64,000 nt of DNA from Myxococcota bacterium (GTDB taxonomy: Bacteria; Myxococcota_A; UBA796; UBA2385), in NCBI GenBank assembly GCA_044344255.1, contig JBIJDH010000016.1, forward strand, positions 1 to 64,000, written 5' to 3'. Below the pieces are notes generated by a model, which worked only from the letters and a program-made list of their open reading frames with translations, was not told the DNA's origin and did not search any database. Of the stretch, positions 47,325-58,894 are shown piece by piece. A program made the position numbers and the translations under genes. The first letter of the stretch is position 1. Each line of letters opens with the position of its first letter.

Positions 47325-48731
47325 TCAGCCCCCGCCGAGGGGCTGGCGGAGGCCGACCCTGAGCCCGGCGCCGAGCTGCCAGGGCCGCTCCCCGTCCCAT
47401 GAGAAGCGGCTGACGGCACCGAAGCCAAAGCCACTGCCGCCGCGGCCGAAGCTCCAGGGCAAGGACTCGATGCCTATCTCGGCGGTCTCCAGGTCGTGCG
47501 CGGCGGCCACCCACAGCGCCGCGGGGCGCCCTCGCTCGCCTTCGAGCGCCCAGCCCACCGAGGCCATTCCCAGCAGCCTCCGGTGGTCCTCTGCTGGCTC
47601 GAAGTCCAGGGCAGCGCCGAGCCCAACGAAGGCGCCCGGCGTACGAACGAGGCGGAGGCTGGCGCGCGTGGCGCTGGTCCAGCTCGTCCCGGTGGCGCCG
47701 AGGACCTCTGCGCCCGCGACGAGGTCGGCCCACCATGGCGCGCCGTCTCGTGGGTCGGTGTCCTGTGCGCTGGTCAGGAGGGCCCGATCACAGTCGGGCA
47801 GGGCGTGGTGGATCTGGAGGCTCTCGGCTCCCCCCAAGCCGACGAGCGCGTCGCCGCCGCCGACGCGCGCGCTGACCTGGGCGTTCACGCCCGCCGCGTT
47901 GAGCGCCTCCGAGAGGGCCAAGGCTCGATCGAGTCGGCTCACCGGCCAGGCTGGAGTGGCACCATCCGGCAGGTCTACGAGGATGAGCGCCGCTCGACTG
48001 CCGCCGGCGCTGAGGCAACGGCTGAGGCTCTCGGTGGAGGGGTCGCCCTCAAGGCTGCAGCGGCGGTCGCTCGCCTCCGAGGCGATCAGCTCGACGCGCG
48101 GCAGGTTGTTTGAGGGGTCGCCCTTCACCAAGGGTCGGGAAAGCACCCGGATCTCTGTCGCGACCTGATCGGAGGCCAGGGTCGCCGCCACGGCCCGGGC
48201 GCGGCGCCAAGCGAGGTCGGGGGAGTAGGCCCGCTGTACCCGTGGGGGCCCTGCGGCGCCGACCAGGAAGGCGACGCCCTCACCGGGCGCCGAGAGGCCG
48301 TGGAGGGTCACCTTTCGGCTGCCGCGCGCGGCCAGGCAGGCCGCCGACCGCCGTAGGGAGGCGCGGGCGCGGGCGTCGAGCTCCGTGCTTCCCCGCTCGA
48401 AGATGACCGGCTCCACCACGCAGTCCGTGGCGACGACAGACAGGGCCGCGGGGTGACAGGTCCGTGCGCCAGAGGCCTGGATGAAGGCGAGGTCATAGAC
48501 GCCGGGATCCGTCCAGGCCGGGATGGTGACGTGGCCGGCTCTATCGACCGGGAGGTGGGCATACTGACCCGAAGTATGTCCCAGCTCGACCTCGACCGAC
48601 CCTTCGGCTTCTACCAGGTTGATCTCACTCGGGAGGTGGCTCGGCACGATGGGCGGGTCCACCCGAGTCGCTGCTGGGGCGTCGTGGAGCAGCGCAGGTA
48701 GAAGTAAGGAAGAGAGGATGGGGGAGATCAC
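47325..48731 (-). CDS. Exported protein with degenerate OmpA-like domain and beta-strand-rich C-terminus
   Basis: Signal peptide. VIFERGSTELDARARASL...VTLHG...LAWRRARAVAATL...PRVELI. C-terminal alternating strands (WQLGAGLRVGL). Confidence 0.6.
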   Translation of the reverse strand: MISPILSSLLLPALLHDAPAATRVDPPIVPSHLPSEINLVEAEGSVEVELGHTSGQYAHLPVDRAGHVTIPAWTDPGVYDLAFIQASGARTCHPAALSVVATDCVVEPVIFERGSTELDARARASLRRSAACLAARGSRKVTLHGLSAPGEGVAFLVGAAGPPRVQRAYSPDLAWRRARAVAATLASDQVATEIRVLSRPLVKGDPSNNLPRVELIASEASDRRCSLEGDPSTESLSRCLSAGGSRAALILVDLPDGATPAWPVSRLDRALALSEALNAAGVNAQVSARVGGGDALVGLGGAESLQIHHALPDCDRALLTSAQDTDPRDGAPWWADLVAGAEVLGATGTSWTSATRASLRLVRTPGAFVGLGAALDFEPAEDHRRLLGMASVGWALEGERGRPAALWVAAAHDLETAEIGIESLPWSFGRGGSGFGFGAVSRFSWDGERPWQLGAGLRVGLRQPLGGG

Positions 48732-50782
48732 CGAAGCCTCACCAGCTCGCCGCCGACTCGCAGGCTGAGCGCGTCGTAGGGGACATTCGAGCGACCGTCG
48801 AGGTCAATCCGATCCATGTTCCAACAGAGGTCCAACACCAGCGGGGCGAGGGTGGGGAGATCCAGCCCGACACCGCCCGCGAGATAGAGCCCCCCTCCGG
48901 GACTGCGGTCTCGTACGGGCAGGTTCTGCCCGCCGGGGTTCGATCCACCGGGCAGGGCCTGGATAGAGACGAGGCTCCAGCCCGTGGTGGCCTGGGCGAA
49001 GATCGCCCGCGTCCCGAGGTAGGCGGCGGTCCCGACGCCGATCCCGCCCCTGCCGATGGCGACCCTCGCCGACTGGCCTTCCGCACGGGTCGCGACGTCG
49101 AGGCCGGCGCTGCCTCGTGCCTCAAGGACTCCGTATCCGAGGAAGTGGGCTCGACCTCGGAGCCCGAGATCGACGAGGTTCCAGGCCGTAGGCTCGACGG
49201 ATTGGATGTAGGCGAGGATGTCGTTCTCTCTCGCTTCGTCGTCCTCCACCCGTCCCCAGGCGGGGCTGTGCGTGTATCCCCCGAGCAAATCGAAGCGGAG
49301 CGCGTTCCCGAAGCGCGCGTCGGAGAATGGCACCCTGGCGTGTGAGAAGAGACCCTTTCGAGATTGAGTGTCGACGAGGTACTCGCTAATGTCCCGGGAC
49401 ATCGCGTCTCCGGCGGGCGGGTGGGCTCCCGCGGGGACGCCTTCGATCAGCCTGCCTATATGCGGAAGATCGGCGCCCATTATTGCAGAGACATCGCTCC
49501 CGTCCGGCGCACCGGCTCCGGGGCCAAGGTCGAGGAAGTAGAGGTCGCGGGTGGGGCTGTTACGCTCGATAGGGATGCGCAGGTGTGCCTTTCTCGTTGT
49601 CTCGAGGCGTTTGCCATTCACGTTTATCTCGGCCACTACGCCGCTGGGCTCGGCGATCAAGAGGCGGGCGCCGGTGGAACGATCCACCGCCAGGTCCACC
49701 TGTCGGCCGTCGCCTTGATCGACCCGGAGCAGCACCCGCTCCGGATTGTTGTCGGGAGCGGTGGTCCTCCCCACGAACTCCGGCTCACCGGCGGTCTGGA
49801 GGTTGAAGAAGCTTGACAGCTCGGCGAAGGTGATATCCCCGCTGTCATCGGCGTCCGCGCCGCCCATGAGGCCGCTGAGGACCACGTGCGTGAGGATCCC
49901 GGATCGGAGCGAGTCCGCCTCCGGGACGGTCGTGGCGGACCGGAACACCGCGATGCTCCCATTTCCGAGGGGGCGGCCGGGGGCCAGCCGAAAGAGCTTG
50001 TGCTCGACCTCCCCACGGACGGCCTCGTCGGCGGTCACCACGTTCCCGTAGCAGGCGTCGGCGATGATGACGACCAGCGCGGCGCCGCGTCGATCGACGA
50101 GCTCGTGTACCCAGCCCTCGAGCGCGTCGGCGCGGAGGACTCCGTCCTGGAGCACGAGGCCCTCCGGGGTCCCATGGCCCGAGAAGTGGAACCAGACAAC
50201 GTCTTCGGGCTGGCGTCCACGGATCTGCGGACTGCGCGGGAAGTGAAGAGGGTCGCAGCCTTCGAGGTCACCGCCGCGGAGGGAGGCGATGCGGCAACCG
50301 GTGTCGTGAAAGGCCCGCTCGAGATCGGAGACGGTGCTCTGGGACTGACCCGGTGTCATGGCCGTGGCGGGGAGCGGCTCGCCGGTGTGGTCGGACCGTA
50401 GGACAAGGACACGGGTGGACGAGGTGTAACGAGTGAACAGCTCCTGGCCCCGTTGCGCATCCCGCATCGGCCATCTGAGGCGGAACTGTTCCGGAGATAG
50501 GCAGCCAGTAGAGGAGACCGGCGCCGGTTGGTCGTCGACACGACCATCCTCGCTCGGTGGGTCGTCGACCACCGTGAAGCCCTTGGTCCCGGACCCGCCT
50601 GAAGAGGGCTTGAGCTCATCGGGGCGCCGGTAGCAGGGGCTCCCATCCGCGGTGAAGCCCACGAGCGGCGCGTTGTCATGGGCCGCTACAATGGCGTGGT
50701 AACGCTGCTCTCGGGGTGTCCGCGCCACCGCGCTGTCGTCCAAGGCCAGTATCAGGGATAGAGTGGGCAGCATAAGGCTCAC
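48728..50782 (-). CDS. Secreted caspase-like protease with probable C-terminal outer-membrane beta-barrel
   Basis: VWFHFSGHG, IIADACYG, GILTHVVLSGLMGGADADDSGDITFAEL. C-terminal amphipathic beta strands. Confidence 0.8.
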   Translation of the reverse strand: MSLMLPTLSLILALDDSAVARTPREQRYHAIVAAHDNAPLVGFTADGSPCYRRPDELKPSSGGSGTKGFTVVDDPPSEDGRVDDQPAPVSSTGCLSPEQFRLRWPMRDAQRGQELFTRYTSSTRVLVLRSDHTGEPLPATAMTPGQSQSTVSDLERAFHDTGCRIASLRGGDLEGCDPLHFPRSPQIRGRQPEDVVWFHFSGHGTPEGLVLQDGVLRADALEGWVHELVDRRGAALVVIIADACYGNVVTADEAVRGEVEHKLFRLAPGRPLGNGSIAVFRSATTVPEADSLRSGILTHVVLSGLMGGADADDSGDITFAELSSFFNLQTAGEPEFVGRTTAPDNNPERVLLRVDQGDGRQVDLAVDRSTGARLLIAEPSGVVAEINVNGKRLETTRKAHLRIPIERNSPTRDLYFLDLGPGAGAPDGSDVSAIMGADLPHIGRLIEGVPAGAHPPAGDAMSRDISEYLVDTQSRKGLFSHARVPFSDARFGNALRFDLLGGYTHSPAWGRVEDDEARENDILAYIQSVEPTAWNLVDLGLRGRAHFLGYGVLEARGSAGLDVATRAEGQSARVAIGRGGIGVGTAAYLGTRAIFAQATTGWSLVSIQALPGGSNPGGQNLPVRDRSPGGGLYLAGGVGLDLPTLAPLVLDLCWNMDRIDLDGRSNVPYDALSLRVGGELVRLR

Positions 50783-52206
50783 TGGTGCGGAAAGGCAAAG
50801 GTGACGGTGACGGCGCCATATCCGTGGGCGGTGGCCTCGGGGTCGCCATACCAGGCCTCGGTGGACTGGTCGGTCTCATAGACGGGGTCGGCGACGACGG
50901 AGAATCCCCGAGTGGAGCGCGCCCGGGCAGGGGCGGAGGCAGGGTCTCCGAGGGCCACCGGCGAGGAGATGACATGGACGAGCTCGACGCGCCCTTTGTG
51001 ATTATCTACCTGGATGGACTGGTCGGCGCTTGGCAGCGCATACTCCCCGGCGCGGCTCACCACCAACCCCTCGGGCCGCTCGGGCATCACCATCTTCTCC
51101 CCGGCCGAATTTTCAAAGACCAGATAGAGGTGGGCCGGGCCATCGACGGTGGCAAAAAAACGCAGCCGGTCTCCGTGTGTCACCGGGTCGCCAGTCTTCA
51201 GTTCGTGCTTGTCTGCAGTTCGGAGGACTTTCGGTTCGAGTCGCCGTGGTGGAACGGCGACGGGGGTGGCGGGGATGGATCCTGCTTTGCCGGAGGTGAC
51301 CGCTGAGTCGGCCTGCTGTAGCCACTGGTCGAGCGCGGCGAGCTGTCGTCCGTACTCCTCTGCGGAGATGGCGAAGCGTTCGTACTGTTGACAAAGGACG
51401 CGAGCCTGGTTGAGGTGCCCTGTGACCCGATTGCCCAGCTCGATGTCCGCTCTCCCGCCGATTCGAGCCGCCCTGTCTTCGAGCGGGCCGAGCGCGCTAC
51501 ATCCGTCTACCCAGTGGGTCTCCTCGACTGCGCGACCCCCCACGTGTACGACGCTGGTGACTGGCTGGGGACCTTTCGCCGACATGCGTTGATCGATGCC
51601 CACCGTATCTCCTGAGGCGGTGAAGGATTGAATGATTACAAAGTCACCTCCCACATGGGTGCGATAGGTCATTGTGACGGCGGCCAAGTCTCCTTGCGAG
51701 CTGAGCTCGACACGGAGCTCCGGTCCGCTGTCGCCGGAGTCTCGAAGGATCACGCCCGCACCGCCGAGCGCACCCAACAGTTGGCTCCGGAAGAGGCGGC
51801 TCTCGGGGCCGCTGAGACCGACGACGTGGAGCGCGTCGGTCCCGGCGCGGGCCGCTACATCGCGGGCGGCCTTGGCGAGGGTCGCGTCCAACTTCGCCTG
51901 GTCTGCAGAGCGCCGCTCGAGCAGCACCCTCTCAGCGCCAGCGAGGGCGCAGACCTTTCGGTTCTCCCAGACCCCCTCCTGCCAGTCTCGGACATATCGG
52001 CCGAGGTCCGCACAGCGAGACGCGGTCTGTCCGGAGCAGATCTGTCCGATGAGTCGTTGATGGGCATCTTCCCGAGCCTCGCGGCGGGCGTCGGCCTCGT
52101 TGCCGCGGCCGTACCCGACCGCCACCACCCAACCGGCGGGGGGGACCAGCTCACAGTCGCCGGCGGCTTGGGCGGTGAGGAACGTGGTGATCAAGAGGGC
52201 GATCAT
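50779..52206 (-). CDS. Secreted LPP20-like plus DUF4384-like protein (paralog 2)
   Basis: Signal peptide. VPPAGW...ARREAREDAHQRLIGQICSG...RC. GDRLRFFATVDGPAHLYLVFENSAG...MPE (DUF4384-like). Confidence 0.72.
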   Translation of the reverse strand: MIALLITTFLTAQAAGDCELVPPAGWVVAVGYGRGNEADARREAREDAHQRLIGQICSGQTASRCADLGRYVRDWQEGVWENRKVCALAGAERVLLERRSADQAKLDATLAKAARDVAARAGTDALHVVGLSGPESRLFRSQLLGALGGAGVILRDSGDSGPELRVELSSQGDLAAVTMTYRTHVGGDFVIIQSFTASGDTVGIDQRMSAKGPQPVTSVVHVGGRAVEETHWVDGCSALGPLEDRAARIGGRADIELGNRVTGHLNQARVLCQQYERFAISAEEYGRQLAALDQWLQQADSAVTSGKAGSIPATPVAVPPRRLEPKVLRTADKHELKTGDPVTHGDRLRFFATVDGPAHLYLVFENSAGEKMVMPERPEGLVVSRAGEYALPSADQSIQVDNHKGRVELVHVISSPVALGDPASAPARARSTRGFSVVADPVYETDQSTEAWYGDPEATAHGYGAVTVTFAFPHQ

Positions 52207-52290
52207 GGGCCTGCCCGACGGTTCAATGGGGAGTTCTAAGGGGGATGGGATCTGGTGGGACTTGGTCTTTTGGTCGGATTCAGGTGGCGT

Positions 52291-55200
52291 TCAGGGGGGA
52301 CAGGTCACGTGGGGACCGCCTGTGTACCCCGGGTAGGCGCAGCGGATAACTGTGGTTGCCCGTAACCTTGGGTTCCATACGCAGTCGTTACAATCCGAGG
52401 GGAGAGAGCCCCAGCTCACCTCCCAGTCCGAATTGAAGGTGGCGCTCCCGGTACAGAAGCCAAGCTCCAAGTTGTCGTCGCCGTTGCCCGCGGAGTAGCT
52501 GCAGGTGACGCTCTCTGCGTCAGAGCCAAGGAGCGCGTCCGCTCCGTTATTGATAATTGCGCTGTACCGAATCGACGCGTTGCCGGCCCTGACGCCGCTG
52601 TCCGTGCAATCGGCGACGGTGAGGAAGTCGGCGTCGAGCGTGGCGAGGTCAACGATGCCCTCACCCATGTGTCCCGCCAAGAGCATCGTCACGATGGACA
52701 GGTCAGACTGCTCGTCAGCATAGATCGCAGCGGTGACCGACTCCTTCTCTGAATATCCGTCCGTAAATACAACCTCATCGAGGCTGGCGGATGACTCCGT
52801 GAACGAGATGTGGCCGAAGATGGTATCGAGCGCCACTGTGGAGCCGGTCATTCGAGAGTCTGACATCTCTACGCCGATGAAGCTCGTGTTAGCAGCGGAC
52901 ATTGAAGCGAGGGGGGCGAACGGTGCTTCCACGTCCGAGATGGTGCTGTTCAACACGGTGAGGTTCCCCACGTTGTCGGCCGATAGCCAGGCGGCGCTCG
53001 AACCAGCCTTGCACGCAGAGAAGTCGCCGCTCAAGCCCAGATTGCCGACGGAGCTCGCGTAGATCGCGCCGCCGGATTGCACGGCCTCAAGGTTGGAGGC
53101 CACCAGATCTCCGAAGGAGACGGAGGCAGAAGCTTCCACCGAGATCGCTCCGCCGAGCAGCGCCGACGGGACGCCGGCGGTCCCTGTGAAGGTCGCGGGC
53201 CACATCTCGAAGTCCGTCAGGCCATAGAGGTAGAGCCCGCCTCCATTCGCGCTGGCGGTGTTGTCGGTGAAGGTGGGTCCATAGATCTCGACCTGACCGC
53301 CGGTGAGCGCGACCCCGCCCCCATAGGCGGCGGTGTTGTCCGTGGCCACCAGCCCTCCGCTGACCTCAGTGTGGTGGAGGGTGGTGACGAAGGCGCCGCC
53401 GCCGCTCTGGCTCGCGGTGTTCCGCTCGAGGAGGAGCTCCGAGAGGTAGCTCGTGTTGGTGAGCAGGTAGAGCCCGCCGCCGGAGCGGGCCTCGTTGTCG
53501 GTGAGGGTGAGGTGGTCGAGCGCGGCGTTGTTGACGGCGGCGGCGTAGAGGCCGCCGCCGTCCGAGTTCGCGACGCAGTCGTGGATCTGTGCCGAGGACA
53601 TCGTCAGCTCTGCGTCGGCGGAGGCGAAGGCGCCCCCTCCTTCGGCGCCGGAGGTACACCGGTCGATCTCAACTGCGGCGAGCAGCGCAGTGTTGGTGGC
53701 CGAGACGAACAGCCCCCCTCCCTCCTGCTCCGCCGCACAGCCGGTGACGTTGATCCCGATGAGGGAAAGGTCGAGACCGACGGCGGCCAGCCCACCCCCT
53801 TGCTCAGCGGCGAAGCCGGACAGGGCGGCGCAGGACACCGTGGTCTCCTGGATGCTGCCGTTCGCCGAAGCGGACAGGAAGGCGGCCCCTCCCGGTCCGG
53901 TGGTGGTGGTGCTGTCGGAGAAGCTGCTGTCGCTCAGCTCGATCGCGGTGCCCCTGGCTCCAACTCCGACGAGGTAGACTGAGCCGCCGCCAGTCGCCGC
54001 CTGATCGCCGGTCCCTGTCCATCCGCTGAGGGTGAAGGCGCTCCCAACCACATAGGCACCTCCGCCGTGGCCGCCCACCGCTCGGTTGGCCGTCGATTGG
54101 ATGTTGGTGAGCGTCGCCTGCACGGGCAAGAGCAGCGCGCCGCCGCCGTCCGCGCCGGCCTGATTGAGGCTGAAGATCAGGCCGTCGGCGGTGAGCTGGT
54201 CTCCCACCCAGTGGGCGCCTCCCCCGCTGACGCCCGCGACGTTCTCCTGGAGGGTCTGTCCCGACATCACGCCGCTGGCGGCGACGATGTACAGGCCGCC
54301 GCCGTTGTTGGCCGCTTGATTTCCGAGCCAAGAACCGAGACCGCCGATGTCGAGCGACCGCGTCACGATCGAGGCTCCGCCGCCGTTCTGCCCGGCTATA
54401 TTTTCGGTCACGGTCAGGCCGTCGAGGATGAGCGCGTCGCCCGAAGCCGCGAAGGCGCCGCCATCGAGGGCGCTCATGTTCCCTCCGAAGGCGGAGCTTC
54501 GAATTGTCGCTTGAGCGAAGCTGTGGATACCGAGCGCGCCCCCGGCGGCGCCGCTCTCGTTGTTCGTGGCGGTGAGGCCTTCGAGCTCTATCGTGAGGGC
54601 GGAGAGCTCGACGGGGGACGAGAGGCCGGAGGCGCACCCATCGACCACCAGCCCCGAGTGCGCGGACGTGATCCCGGACTGATGGAGGAGCGCCGGAGCG
54701 CTCTCCGAATGGACGTCTTGCAAGTGCACGTCAATGGTCCGGAGGGAGCCACCCAGCTGGCCGAATCCACCCAGTCCGTCACCCCCCCCGAGGAAGCGCA
54801 GGTCGCTCAGCACCACCTCATCAGCATCTCCGGCGACGAGCGTGAGGAAGGACCCGCCGAGGCCGTCGAGCGTCGCCGGACCGTCCGGGGCTTGGAGGCG
54901 GAGCGCTCGGCCCGCCGCTCCACCTTCGGGCGCCGCGGTGTCCTCGACGCCCTCTCCGGAGTCCACGTTCGAGCCGGTGTCGGCCGTCGAGCCGTCGCTC
55001 CCCACTCCACCCAGGTCACCCAGGTCGAGGAGGAGCCGCTCTTGATAGGTCCCGGGGAGGATGCTGACCACCGGGCAGAGGCTCACCGAGGAGAGGGCCG
55101 CCCCGACGGTTGGGAGGGCGTGCTCTCGATCGGCGCCGGTCTGTTGGGTGGGGTCGGCCGAGGTGCTGGAGTTGACGTAGAGGATGCGGAGCCCGTCACC

Positions 55201-56091
55201 GTCAGACTCGAAGCCGTCGAGGCCGTGTTCTTCCGTGGCGGCCCGGGGATCATAGTCGGAGACGGTGTAGCTACCGCTGCAGTTCTGGTCAATGAGGTCA
55301 CAGAATTCAGGCGCTCCCTCGTAGATGCTGGGGTCAAGGTCGAAACAATCCTCGCCTTCGACAGCGGACGGGAGATCCTGAAGGCGCAAGCCGGTTGTCC
55401 GGTTCGTCACCGCCGAGCAGGCCGAGCCGCTGGGCCATCCCCCGGGTTGACCGTCGCCGTCGAAGTCCTCATCGGAGGTGGCTGGGTCGCAGTCGTTGTC
55501 AATCCCGTCGTACATCAGCTCGGGGCAGTCCAGGCCGGCGCCGTTTGACACGGTCTGGCGCTCGTCCATTCCGGGGTGAACCTGATCGCGACAGTCATCG
55601 CAGTCGATCCCATCGAAGTGGTCGCTGGCGATGACCCCGTCTCGGTCCCAGTCGGCGACATCGATGACGCCGTCACAGTCGTTGTCCTTGCCGTCGGTCG
55701 CGGAGGCAGGGACGCCTCCGCTCGGGCAGACCGAGCCCTCCACCGAGACGAGGTCGAGGGGGTGTTCTGTGGTGTCGTCTTCGTCCGGGGGGTGAACGGC
55801 AGCGTCCGCGTCATCACAGTCGCGGAAGAGCGCCTCGTCTACTCCGGGAGGCAGAAAGTAGCCTTCGACACCGCTCGAGGCCCGCTCGAGGCAACGGACA
55901 TCCCACCAGCCGTCGTCGTCGCCGTCCCCGCGAAGGTCTCGGTCGTAGGGCCCACAGTCCACGGCGTTCGGGGTGCCGTCTCCGTCATAGTCTGCCGTAT
56001 CCGAGGGCTTCAGAGACGCCCCGCCCTCGCAGGCGACGAGGATGCTGATCAAGGCCGCGACACGGCGGTAGCTTCGGGGCATCGTTCGCAT
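52291..56091 (-). CDS. Large lipoprotein with putative metal-binding (MopE-like) repeats and POMP-like GGA(I/L) beta-helix repeats
   Basis: Lipobox LVAC. DCDDADAAVHP...DGKDNDCDG repeats. Many NxAxxxGGA/GGG motifs. Start at 56091 or 56082, downstream of the sigma-54 promoter. Confidence 0.82.
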   Translation of the reverse strand: MRTMPRSYRRVAALISILVACEGGASLKPSDTADYDGDGTPNAVDCGPYDRDLRGDGDDDGWWDVRCLERASSGVEGYFLPPGVDEALFRDCDDADAAVHPPDEDDTTEHPLDLVSVEGSVCPSGGVPASATDGKDNDCDGVIDVADWDRDGVIASDHFDGIDCDDCRDQVHPGMDERQTVSNGAGLDCPELMYDGIDNDCDPATSDEDFDGDGQPGGWPSGSACSAVTNRTTGLRLQDLPSAVEGEDCFDLDPSIYEGAPEFCDLIDQNCSGSYTVSDYDPRAATEEHGLDGFESDGDGLRILYVNSSTSADPTQQTGADREHALPTVGAALSSVSLCPVVSILPGTYQERLLLDLGDLGGVGSDGSTADTGSNVDSGEGVEDTAAPEGGAAGRALRLQAPDGPATLDGLGGSFLTLVAGDADEVVLSDLRFLGGGDGLGGFGQLGGSLRTIDVHLQDVHSESAPALLHQSGITSAHSGLVVDGCASGLSSPVELSALTIELEGLTATNNESGAAGGALGIHSFAQATIRSSAFGGNMSALDGGAFAASGDALILDGLTVTENIAGQNGGGASIVTRSLDIGGLGSWLGNQAANNGGGLYIVAASGVMSGQTLQENVAGVSGGGAHWVGDQLTADGLIFSLNQAGADGGGALLLPVQATLTNIQSTANRAVGGHGGGAYVVGSAFTLSGWTGTGDQAATGGGSVYLVGVGARGTAIELSDSSFSDSTTTTGPGGAAFLSASANGSIQETTVSCAALSGFAAEQGGGLAAVGLDLSLIGINVTGCAAEQEGGGLFVSATNTALLAAVEIDRCTSGAEGGGAFASADAELTMSSAQIHDCVANSDGGGLYAAAVNNAALDHLTLTDNEARSGGGLYLLTNTSYLSELLLERNTASQSGGGAFVTTLHHTEVSGGLVATDNTAAYGGGVALTGGQVEIYGPTFTDNTASANGGGLYLYGLTDFEMWPATFTGTAGVPSALLGGAISVEASASVSFGDLVASNLEAVQSGGAIYASSVGNLGLSGDFSACKAGSSAAWLSADNVGNLTVLNSTISDVEAPFAPLASMSAANTSFIGVEMSDSRMTGSTVALDTIFGHISFTESSASLDEVVFTDGYSEKESVTAAIYADEQSDLSIVTMLLAGHMGEGIVDLATLDADFLTVADCTDSGVRAGNASIRYSAIINNGADALLGSDAESVTCSYSAGNGDDNLELGFCTGSATFNSDWEVSWGSLPSDCNDCVWNPRLRATTVIRCAYPGYTGGPHVTCPP

Positions 56092-56171
56092 CCTGCCTTG
56101 CCTCTGGGAATGTCCCAAAACCCCCGTACATCGCGGGGTCGCGGGCATCGTACCACTCGGAACGCGGAGAA

Positions 56172-56187
56172 AGCAAGCCGCGTGCCA
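56172..56187 (-). promoter_or_regulatory. Consensus sigma-54 (-24/-12) promoter
   Basis: Minus strand TGGCACGCGGCTTGCT is an exact match to TGGCACGNNNNTTGCW. It lies in the intergenic gap ~80 bp upstream of the lipoprotein start. Confidence 0.85.
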
Positions 56188-56291
56188 CTCTCGAGCGAGC
56201 GAAATTCGCGGCGTGCGTCCGCGTGGCTGCATTCGGTGGGTCCCTTGTGCGTGCGCGCGGCACGCGGGCCCCGTCCGGTGCATACGCGTGG

Positions 56292-58004
<1,713 letters not shown>

Positions 58005-58066
58005 GCGGCGGGCTCCACGGGGGAGGCCGATTGTGCCAGAGCGACTGGCGGGCCGGCAAGCTCAGG

Positions 58067-58879
58067 TCACCACTCCCTGACGACCACCGCGCCGACTATC
58101 AGACCGCCGGACAGGGCGGTGAGCGCATATCCGGAGAGGGCAGAGGCCCGGTTCAGGCTGTCCATTCTGTCCGCTCGGTCGTCATCGGCCTCGGCGCGGA
58201 ACTCCGAGCGGCTCCAGCCGGCGAGCGCCAGCCCGCCCGCTCCCAGCAGCGCGGCGGCGCCGCCAGATGCCGCGATCCACCGAGAGCGGTGGCCCGTCGG
58301 TGAGAGGAGGGGCGGAGGGAGAGGGTCTCTCCCGCTGATGAGGAGGTAAGAGTCTGTCACCCGGCCCTGCTGGGTCTGTTGGATCGTGAGCGCTTGTCCG
58401 CTGGGGATGGTGGAGCCGCCGGGCAGGCCGTCCAACAGCCAGAATCCGCTGGCGACAGGAATTGGGGGGCCGGTTGGCTTGTCCGCCTCGTTCCAGAGGG
58501 ATCGAAGGCGGCCGCCCTCGGGCATGAGGATCGGGTCTGGCATGAACGCGGGGTCGACGCGGCGAGCAGACCGGAATCCAGCGGACACCGCGGGGAGATC
58601 TTGTTGATCAAAAGCTACGAGGGCGAGCGCGAAGTGCAACCGGGCCGCTGCGGGGGGAGAGACCGCTTCGGTCAGGCAGCTCACTTCCGCTCGGAGTGTG
58701 TCCCCCTCGGACTGCAGCCGCTCCTGATCCTGGGCGGCGCGCGCCGCCTCAATCTGGGCCGAGCGGGCCAACAGGTCAGAGGAGCGGGCGGGACAGACCG
58801 GCGTAATGGGCGGTGCGGCCGCCGCCGTGGCCACGAATCGGGTGAGGACGAGTAGGTGGAGGACGGAGAAGGGGAGCAT
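58067..58879 (-). CDS. Exported TPR-like protein with C-terminal TM hairpin (homologue of 13156..14397)
   Basis: Signal peptide. VSCLTE...GFRSARRVDP, WLLDG, two C-terminal hydrophobic segments. Confidence 0.72.
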   Translation of the reverse strand: MLPFSVLHLLVLTRFVATAAAAPPITPVCPARSSDLLARSAQIEAARAAQDQERLQSEGDTLRAEVSCLTEAVSPPAAARLHFALALVAFDQQDLPAVSAGFRSARRVDPAFMPDPILMPEGGRLRSLWNEADKPTGPPIPVASGFWLLDGLPGGSTIPSGQALTIQQTQQGRVTDSYLLISGRDPLPPPLLSPTGHRSRWIAASGGAAALLGAGGLALAGWSRSEFRAEADDDRADRMDSLNRASALSGYALTALSGGLIVGAVVVREW

Positions 58880-58894
58880 GGGGTCTCTCAGGGA

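Noticed and set aside
58022..58040. TGGCACAAT upstream of the kinase as a sigma-54 promoter
   Set aside because: No GC at the -12 position at the required spacing.
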